Shown: one piece after another, positions 17,857-23,476 of the stretch
Position numbering within the stretch: the stretch's first letter is position 1
Layout of the letters: every line of letters starts with the position of its first letter
From: Minisyncoccia bacterium
GTDB lineage: Bacteria; Patescibacteriota; Minisyncoccia; Phycocordibacterales; UBA2100
DNA: 34,962 nt
Direction: 5' to 3'
Assembly (NCBI GenBank): GCA_049306055.1
Contig: JBAQPT010000124.1
Span: 1-34,962 of the forward strand
Position numbers and translations under genes: made by a program
Notes under the pieces: generated by a model
Told to the model about the DNA's origin: nothing
The model's input: only the letters and a program-made list of their open reading frames with translations
Databases searched by the model: none

Positions 17857-17891
17857 TACACCCCCGCGGGCTTTCGCCGTGCGGGGGTGTA
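17857..17891 (-). terminator. intrinsic terminator after the RRM gene
   Basis: On the minus strand: TACACCCCCGC...GCGGGGGTGTA followed by TGATTTGTGT. Confidence 0.6.
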
Positions 17892-17910
17892 GATAACTGA
17901 TTTTACAAAA

Positions 17911-18240
17911 TTACCAGTTGTTGCGTCGGTCGCCGCCGTAGCCGCCACCGCCACCTCCACCACCTCCGCGGAAATCGCGGCGAGGGCGTTCTTCCATTGG
18001 TCGCGCTTCGTTGACCGTGAGCGTGCGTCCGCCGAAATCTTTGCCGTTCCACATGTCGATCGCCTTTGCAGCGTCGTCATCGGAAGCAAATTCGACGAAA
18101 CCGAAGCCCTTCGAGCGGCCGCTCATCTTGTCCATGATGATGATCGCGGACGAGACTGCACCTGCTTGCGAAAAGGCCTCCTTGAGCTCGGTATCCGACG
18201 TAGAGTACGGAAGCCCGCCAACATAGAGTTTCTTTGCCAT
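17911..18240 (-). CDS. RRM-type RNA-binding protein with a Gly/Arg-rich tail
   Basis: RNP2 KLYVGGL, RNP1 KGFGFVEF, and a C-terminal RRDFRGGGGGGGGGYGGDRR. Confidence 0.9.
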   Translation of the reverse strand: MAKKLYVGGLPYSTSDTELKEAFSQAGAVSSAIIIMDKMSGRSKGFGFVEFASDDDAAKAIDMWNGKDFGGRTLTVNEARPMEERPRRDFRGGGGGGGGGYGGDRRNNW

Positions 18241-18385
18241 GCTTGCCAAAATTGCTTTGACTAAATATTGATGTAAATCAACCTTCTCCTTACGCCTGTT
18301 TCGGCTTTGGCCTGCACAGCTTTGGGGGAAACTTACATTCGCCCGCAGACTAGCATGCCCAGAGGAATGCGCAAGCGGCTGTCCA

Positions 18386-18416
18386 CAAATAAAAAGGGCC
18401 GACACTGTGCCGGCCC
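18386..18416 (-). terminator. intrinsic terminator after the 221-aa hypothetical gene
   Basis: On the minus strand: GGGCCG-N9-CGGCCC followed by TTTTTATTTG. Confidence 0.6.
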
Positions 18417-18448
18417 CTGATTCTATTGCGAGCGAAGTCCCGCCTGAA

Positions 18449-19114
18449 CTAATCTCCGGTGTCGCTGTACAGATTGGCAGCCTGCGCAAGCACGTGCACG
18501 CTCCCGAGCTTCAAGGGCTCATGATCCGGTGCCGTGAGAACACCGCATCCGAGTATGACGGAGTAGGAGCGCTTGAGGTAGAACGACTGCACGATTCGGC
18601 CGGTGAAGCGATGTCGGGTGTTGTACACAGGCGCCTGATCAACTTCTTGGATGTCGAGCGACGAGCGTTCGATCAAGCCTTGCGCCGTGGTGAGCTCCTC
18701 CCACGTCAGCGGAAACAGCACGGCAAAGATGTCCCCTTGTCGCTTCGCTTTTCTGGAGCGAGTTTCCATCACGCGGATAACTTCCGGCTTGAGCGAGTTG
18801 TAGAATCCTCGCTCGCGGCCACGAATAAAGGCCGAAAAGGCATCTTCATGGAGACGAACAGAAAAAGGCCTCTGCTCGTCAGTTCCGCCGAACCAAACGC
18901 TCTGCTGAGCAGAGTCGCCGCGACGCTCGGGCGGAATACTGCAGCGAAATAGAAACTGATCTCCATCCTTCAGTGGGAAAAATTCCGCTTCCGGGTCCGC
19001 TGGCAACCTGATGACCTCGTCTTCAAGAGTCGGCACGACAACGTCTTTCGTAAACACAAGACGAGCTTTGCCGGCTGACGTTGGCGCTTTTGTTCCCATC
19101 TCAAAAAGCTTCAT
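18449..19114 (-). CDS. hypothetical protein (221 aa)
   Basis: GGAG-N7-ATG at 19114. Motifs KRQGDIFAV, TRHRFTG and APDHEPL are present, but I recognise no family. Confidence 0.6.
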   Translation of the reverse strand: MKLFEMGTKAPTSAGKARLVFTKDVVVPTLEDEVIRLPADPEAEFFPLKDGDQFLFRCSIPPERRGDSAQQSVWFGGTDEQRPFSVRLHEDAFSAFIRGRERGFYNSLKPEVIRVMETRSRKAKRQGDIFAVLFPLTWEELTTAQGLIERSSLDIQEVDQAPVYNTRHRFTGRIVQSFYLKRSYSVILGCGVLTAPDHEPLKLGSVHVLAQAANLYSDTGD

Positions 19115-19195
19115 CACTGGTCTCCGTTATCACTCTAGAGTGCACTCCCTCGCCATTGAGAGAGCTGTGACGGGTAATATCACAATATGCAGCCC

Positions 19196-19225
19196 TTGTC
19201 GATGACACTATTTCCATGCTATAAA
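19196..19225 (+). promoter_or_regulatory. candidate promoter of tRNA-Ala
   Basis: TTGTCG-N18-TATAAA, with the -10 box ending 10 nt before the mature 5' end. Confidence 0.35.
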
Positions 19226-19235
19226 TATCGCCGAA

Positions 19236-19311
19236 GGGCCGTTAGCTCATCTGGTAGAGCACCTCATTTGCAATGAGGGGGTGGCAGGTTCGAGTCCTGT
19301 ACGGTCCACCA
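19236..19311 (+). tRNA. tRNA-Ala (anticodon UGC), CCA encoded
   Basis: The cloverleaf folds by hand: acceptor GGGCCGT/ACGGTCC with G3-U70, D stem GCTC/GAGC, anticodon stem CCTCA/TGAGG with loop TTTGCAA, and T arm GCAGG-TTCGAGT-CCTGT. The 3' end is ACCA. Confidence 0.93.
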
Positions 19312-19500
19312 AAGACACAAAAGCCTCCCCTGCGGGAGGTTTTGTGCTTTGGTGGAAGCCGGAGCGATGTCACAGAAGCTTCTGCGACCGCGAGGCCGGG
19401 TCGGGAAATTTTTTGAGCGACGGCGAGAAAAATATTCCTGACCTCACAAGCAGTTGTTGAATTCGCGATGAAATTATTTGTGACCCACAAAAAATTGACT
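19312..19500 (-). repeat. Structured intergenic module, copy A, minus orientation, tail-to-tail with tRNA-Ala
   Basis: Read on the minus strand: AATTTTTTGTGGG / CGCTCAAAAAATTTCC / CCCGGCCTCGCG / hairpin GTCGCAGAAGCTTCTGTGAC (19369-19388) / ACATCGCTCCGGCTTCC (19354-19370) / terminator hairpin. Confidence 0.8.
19316..19350. terminator. bidirectional intrinsic terminator (tRNA-Ala on plus, module A on minus)
   Basis: GCCTCCC-ctgc-GGGAGGT, with TTTTGTGCTTT on plus and CTTTTGTGTCTTT on minus. Confidence 0.7.
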
Positions 19501-19522
19501 AATCTTTCAAAAAGTATATAAA
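19495..19522 (+). promoter_or_regulatory. candidate sigma-70 promoter of the 72-aa ORF
   Basis: TTGACT-N16-TATAAA. GGAGGG-N4-ATG follows at 19555. Confidence 0.5.
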
Positions 19523-19554
19523 AGCTGAACTGTTCTCAAGAAACGGAGGGTGAA

Positions 19555-19773
19555 ATGGACCAAAGGACCATCGAAGCAGCTCAAGCATGCCTTGTGGCAG
19601 CGGTGAAAGTGAGGCCAGGAAAACCAAATCGCTTGGATCTCGTGAACGTCCTCATGTTTGCGGGGCTGGAGCGAAGCGAAGCAGAAGCAGTGGTCTCGGA
19701 CGCCATTGCCTGCCACATCATTATGCGCACGATCGACCAGGGCTATAGCGCGGGTTATGCCGTGCGCAAGTAG
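19555..19773 (+). CDS. hypothetical small protein (72 aa)
   Basis: It has its own promoter, a strong SD (GGAGGG) and a downstream hairpin terminator. Confidence 0.55.
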   Translation: MDQRTIEAAQACLVAAVKVRPGKPNRLDLVNVLMFAGLERSEAEAVVSDAIACHIIMRTIDQGYSAGYAVRK

Positions 19774-19808
19774 AACCCGTCTCGTACGGTGAATACGCTC
19801 GTCTTGAA

Positions 19809-19848
19809 CGCGCAGCTAACTAACCCTAGCTGCGCGACTCTATTTTTT
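19809..19848. terminator. hairpin terminator between the convergent 72-aa ORF and ddl
   Basis: CGCGCAGCTA-N8-TAGCTGCGCG (10 bp), followed by ACTCTATTTTTT. Confidence 0.65.
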
Positions 19849-20808
19849 ACTGAGCCCAATCACATGCCCCAAAAACCCAAGCATAGACGCACCAACACTT
19901 TCTAACATGTGAGGAAAGGCTGCGTGTTCGTGAAGACCGGGATACGCATTTACTTCGAGAAGGTACGGGCCGCGTTTGGTGAGAATGAAATCGGCGCGTG
20001 AGTAATCGGAGAGGCACAGCGCTTTGTGCGCGGCGCGCGCCGCATCTTCAAGCGCGCGCTTTTCCATGTCAGAGAAATCGCTCGGTACGAGATATTGTAA
20101 ATCCCCTTTCGCATGATGATCGAAATGAAGAAACGGCGATTCTTCCGGATACACAACGCGCGCTGGCGGAAGCGCGTACAAATCTTCTCCGCGATAATCG
20201 TTGATGACGCCGACCGTCGCCTCTTCGCCAATCACAAATTCTTCGACAAGCGCCGCGCCATACGCTTCAAGCATGTCCGCAAGCGAATGCGGAAGTTCGA
20301 TGATTGTTTTTACCAACGTGATGCCATGCGATGCGCCGCCAAAGGGTGGCTTCAAAAGATATGGCGGACCGATGTAGGAAAAAATGGTGCGTGCCATCTC
20401 GTCGACCGGCATGTCGGATTCGGCTGAAAAGGATACAGCGCGCGGCATGCGGATGCCAGCTTTTTTCAACATGATTCCCGCCTGGATTTTGTTGAGCGAG
20501 ATTGAGCTGCCGAGCGGATCAGAGCCAACATACGGAACCGCATTTTGTTCAAGAATGCGCTGCACGGTACCGTCTTCTCCGACGCCGCCATGAAGCGCGT
20601 TCAAAACAACGTCCACCTGCGCAAGTGCGCGTGATGGTTCGACGGGCATACCTCGCGCGTGCCAGAGGCCAGTTTTATCAATGAAAATATCGCGAGCATC
20701 GAAGTGCTCTTCCGGAAGCGTGTTCAGCATCGTCGCCCCAGTCTTGAGCGAAAGATCGTATTCTTGCGACGTGCCTCCACGGAGGACGCCAACAACCATG
20801 CGTGACAT
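19840..20808 (-). CDS. ddl: D-alanine--D-alanine ligase
   Basis: VGVLRGGTSQEYDLSL, ALHGGVGEDGTVQ and ATP-grasp motifs including EVNAYPGL. The ATG at 20808 is preceded by TGcTATACT-N6. The track start at 20961 is an extension. Confidence 0.9.
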   Translation of the reverse strand: MSRMVVGVLRGGTSQEYDLSLKTGATMLNTLPEEHFDARDIFIDKTGLWHARGMPVEPSRALAQVDVVLNALHGGVGEDGTVQRILEQNAVPYVGSDPLGSSISLNKIQAGIMLKKAGIRMPRAVSFSAESDMPVDEMARTIFSYIGPPYLLKPPFGGASHGITLVKTIIELPHSLADMLEAYGAALVEEFVIGEEATVGVINDYRGEDLYALPPARVVYPEESPFLHFDHHAKGDLQYLVPSDFSDMEKRALEDAARAAHKALCLSDYSRADFILTKRGPYLLEVNAYPGLHEHAAFPHMLESVGASMLGFLGHVIGLSKK

Positions 20809-20826
20809 GCAAAAAGTATAGCATCC

Positions 20827-20859
20827 AAAAAAAGCCGCTGGCACGCAATGCGCCAGCGG
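20827..20859 (-). terminator. intrinsic terminator after the YdcF-like gene, fused to the ddl -10 box
   Basis: On the minus strand: CCGCTGGC-N9-GCCAGCGG followed by CTTTTTTT, then GGATGCTATACT-N6-ATG. Confidence 0.65.
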
Positions 20860-20885
20860 GAAGTGTCTACAAAAAGCCACAAAAG

Positions 20886-21446
20886 TCAGATGTTGCCGAG
20901 CAACAAATCGCGATGACGCGCCGCGAACTCGTACGGGATTCCGTAGAATGGTCGGCGCCATTGCCGCTGCGCAGCATCAGGTTCCCAGCAACATGCTGGC
21001 AGATGCTCTGGGATGATCACCTCGAAGCCGGCCTTCTTGTACGCACGGGCCGCGCGCCAAACGTGCGGAACGAATGCAATGACGACCACGCGCTTCCGTT
21101 GATATTCTGCGCACTGCACAAACTGCTGGCGCGCGATCGCTCCGGTGTCGAGATATTCCGGCGAATCGATCTGTCGCAAGGTTTTCCCTGCGACCGGAAT
21201 TCCGAGCTCCAAGAGATGGCACGCAACCTCGCCCTGCGCGTAGATTGGCAATCCTAGTCGTTTGTGCAGTGCAATCGCGGTCTCCGCGAGTACGCGGTTT
21301 GTCTTGCTCGTCATGCCACCCGGCAGATCTGAGCATGCCTGGGTGATGATGGCCTGAGCGTTCATGACTGATCCGCTCGCGTCGGGCGCGTTCCAATTGC
21401 CGAATGTGCGATGTGCATTCACGATCCAATTCCTGATGTGAACCAT
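20886..21446 (-). CDS. YdcF/DUF218-like protein
   Basis: VVVIAFVPHVWRAARAYKKAGFEV resembles the DUF218 core. GGAGGG-N4-ATG. Confidence 0.5.
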   Translation of the reverse strand: MVHIRNWIVNAHRTFGNWNAPDASGSVMNAQAIITQACSDLPGGMTSKTNRVLAETAIALHKRLGLPIYAQGEVACHLLELGIPVAGKTLRQIDSPEYLDTGAIARQQFVQCAEYQRKRVVVIAFVPHVWRAARAYKKAGFEVIIPEHLPACCWEPDAAQRQWRRPFYGIPYEFAARHRDLLLGNI

Positions 21447-21499
21447 TTAGCCCTCCAAGGCTTTCAGTGGCAACTTGCGGAACTCTACTCTTTTTGAAA

Positions 21500-22762
21500 T
21501 CAGCCGTCAAAATTACGCTTCGCAAGACGCTTTCGGTGCCAATTAATTGCATATCTGTGCGCTTCGTTGTTGGCAAGCAGAATGTCGCGTTCGTGCTCGG
21601 TAATGTTTTTTTGATCGCCCGCAAGACGCGAAGGGCGATGAAATTCGTCTTTCACGACTCCAATAATCGGGATCATAATGCCGGCGTTCGCGAGTACTTT
21701 TTTCGCGGCATTCATTTGCGCGGTCGAGCCGTCGACGATGATGAGGCGTGGATATGGCCATTCAGGATGCAAGAAGCGGCGAGAGAGAATTTCAGAGAGT
21801 GCGCCAGGGTCGTTGTTCGTAAATCCACGAATTTTGAATTTGCGGTATGCGCTTTTTAACGGCTGACTGTCTTCAACAACAGCCATAACTCCAACGGTTT
21901 CAGTTCCTCCAGTATGCGCGACATCATATGCTTCGATGCGTGAGCCTTTCGAATGCACGGCGCCGCCGGTTGCGAAGCGCGATTCGTTTTTGATGAGGGA
22001 GATGTCGTTGATATGCGTGAGCGCAGAGATTTGGCGTCGCGCCATCGTCGCGTCTTCGAAACGTTCATTCTTTGCGGCTGCGTTCATTTCTTTTTCGAGT
22101 TCTTTTATCAATTTCTTTTTCTTGCCGCTGAAAAGAAGACAGATGTTATGGACGGTTATCGCGTATTCACGCGCATCGGTTTCTCCTGTGCAGACACCGG
22201 GACACATGCCAATCTGCCTGCTGAAGCACGGACGACAATTTGCCTTCCCCGCCTTCTTTTGTTCATCACACGGCGTGCACTTTTCGTCGCGATACGGAAA
22301 AATGCGGCGCACCAATTTCATCGCGTCGCGAAGCGCGAGTCCGTGCGGAAATGGGCCGAAGAGATGTTTGATGTTCCCGCCCTTCCAGTTCGTAAAAAGA
22401 TCGCGACCGCGGACGACGAGGATTTTCGGAAACTTTTCTTTTGTGAGGACAAGATAGTTATAGCTCGAATTGTCTTTCGATGCGATGTTGTACGGCGGCT
22501 CGAGTTTTTTGATCGTGTTTGCTTCGAGAATCAAAGCTTCAAGAACGGAATCGGTTTGTTCCCAGGTGAGCGTGTCAGCTTCGAGAACCATGCCCGCGAT
22601 TGCCGTTGAGCGCGCTTCCACCAAATCTTTTGCAAAATAGCTGCGCACGCGGTCGCGCAAGGACGTCGCTTTCCCGACATACAAAACCTTCTTCCCTTTC
22701 TGGAAGCGATAAATCCCCGGCTCTTCGGGAAGGTTGAATCGGGCAAGGTCGTCGCGTTGCAT
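21500..22762 (-). CDS. uvrC: excinuclease ABC subunit C, short form lacking the C-terminal (HhH)2 domain
   Basis: GIY-YIG (PGIYRF...VLYVGKA...RVRSYF), UVR domain (FEDATMARRQISAL) and endonuclease domain (RIEAYDVAHTGG...EAHRYAINWHRK). The protein ends right after that, at 420 aa. Confidence 0.9.
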   Translation of the reverse strand: MQRDDLARFNLPEEPGIYRFQKGKKVLYVGKATSLRDRVRSYFAKDLVEARSTAIAGMVLEADTLTWEQTDSVLEALILEANTIKKLEPPYNIASKDNSSYNYLVLTKEKFPKILVVRGRDLFTNWKGGNIKHLFGPFPHGLALRDAMKLVRRIFPYRDEKCTPCDEQKKAGKANCRPCFSRQIGMCPGVCTGETDAREYAITVHNICLLFSGKKKKLIKELEKEMNAAAKNERFEDATMARRQISALTHINDISLIKNESRFATGGAVHSKGSRIEAYDVAHTGGTETVGVMAVVEDSQPLKSAYRKFKIRGFTNNDPGALSEILSRRFLHPEWPYPRLIIVDGSTAQMNAAKKVLANAGIMIPIIGVVKDEFHRPSRLAGDQKNITEHERDILLANNEAHRYAINWHRKRLAKRNFDG

Positions 22763-22770
22763 TAAAAGAC

Positions 22771-22798
22771 TTTGCCACGACTAGGGCGTCGTGGCAAA
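22771..22798 (-). promoter_or_regulatory. perfect 11-bp inverted repeat 8 nt upstream of the uvrC ATG (terminator of the upstream ORF and/or an operator)
   Basis: TTTGCCACGAC-tagggc-GTCGTGGCAAA. On the minus strand it is followed by GTCTTTTA and then the ATG. Confidence 0.5.
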
Positions 22799-22820
22799 TT
22801 TATCTTTCGTTGGGACTTGT

Positions 22821-23084
22821 TCAGGTCATGAGGCCAAAGTGGTGCTGCAGGGCTCTCTTCACATACGGCGGCAGTGTTGGTGCATTCTGCCAACGACGAT
22901 TCGCAATGCCGTATCCGAATGCAATACCCGGGAGCGTGTCGCCATATTCTGCATGGCGCTCATACGCTTTTGTATATGCTTCCAATTCGGTCGTTACACC
23001 GTATTCTTTCATGAGTCGTGTGACGTCTGGATGTATCAGGTTCGACGTCTTCTGCTCTTGATACGCAAAGGCTAGCTGTCCCAT
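22821..23084 (-). CDS. hypothetical small protein (87 aa)
   Basis: GGGAGG-N6-ATG, balanced composition, and a hairpin downstream. Confidence 0.5.
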   Translation of the reverse strand: MGQLAFAYQEQKTSNLIHPDVTRLMKEYGVTTELEAYTKAYERHAEYGDTLPGIAFGYGIANRRWQNAPTLPPYVKRALQHHFGLMT

Positions 23085-23198
23085 CGTTGCCTCCCGTGTT
23101 TCCTGCCACGAACCATACTCCCATGGTGTTCGTTTGCAATTGCTTGGTGGGGATATATAGTGGCCGCGGTACTAATCCTCGTCAGGAGATGAGAGCCA

Positions 23199-23423
23199 AT
23201 GGTTACGATTCCGTTCCCGAAGTGGCTGAAAGCTGCCCTGCTCGCTATCCTCATCGCGGCCCTCACCTTGCTGGTCAGCGAAATGGTTCCGATTGCTCGC
23301 ACAAACGCGCAGTGGATGCGCGGCATCGCTAATTGGTGGCAGATCGTAACGAGCACGCAATGCGTCGTGTTCGTGGTCATCGGCATCGCTAGCGGCTACA
23401 TAGCCAGGTGGATCACTGGCTAA
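23199..23423 (+). CDS. hypothetical small 2-TM membrane protein (74 aa)
   Basis: Two hydrophobic helices and a strong terminator immediately downstream. The overlapping minus-strand ORF (23072-23386) is Arg-rich and implausible. Confidence 0.45.
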   Translation: MVTIPFPKWLKAALLAILIAALTLLVSEMVPIARTNAQWMRGIANWWQIVTSTQCVVFVVIGIASGYIARWITG

Positions 23424-23437
23424 CCTCGGTCCGGTAG

Positions 23438-23470
23438 GCGACCTGCAACTTCAAGCGAGTTGCAGGTCGC
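23438..23470. terminator. bidirectional terminator (small membrane ORF and uvrA)
   Basis: GCGACCTGCAACT-N7-AGTTGCAGGTCGC (13 bp), followed by TCTGTTTTATTT. Confidence 0.7.
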
Positions 23471-23476
23471 TCTGTT

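Noticed and set aside
19361-19440. Small plus-strand ORFs starting at GGAG-NN-ATG inside module copies A and B (34491-34545)
   Set aside because: An SD-to-ATG spacing of 2 nt is too short. The two copies differ by an indel in the T-run, which puts the conserved nucleotides in different frames. Conservation is at the nucleotide and structure level, not the peptide level.
19118-19560. An integrated mobile element or att site at the tRNA genes (also 34441-34655)
   Set aside because: No integrase, transposase or phage gene flanks either tRNA. No direct repeat of a tRNA 3' end was seen. The flanking similarity is explained by the modular repeat family instead.
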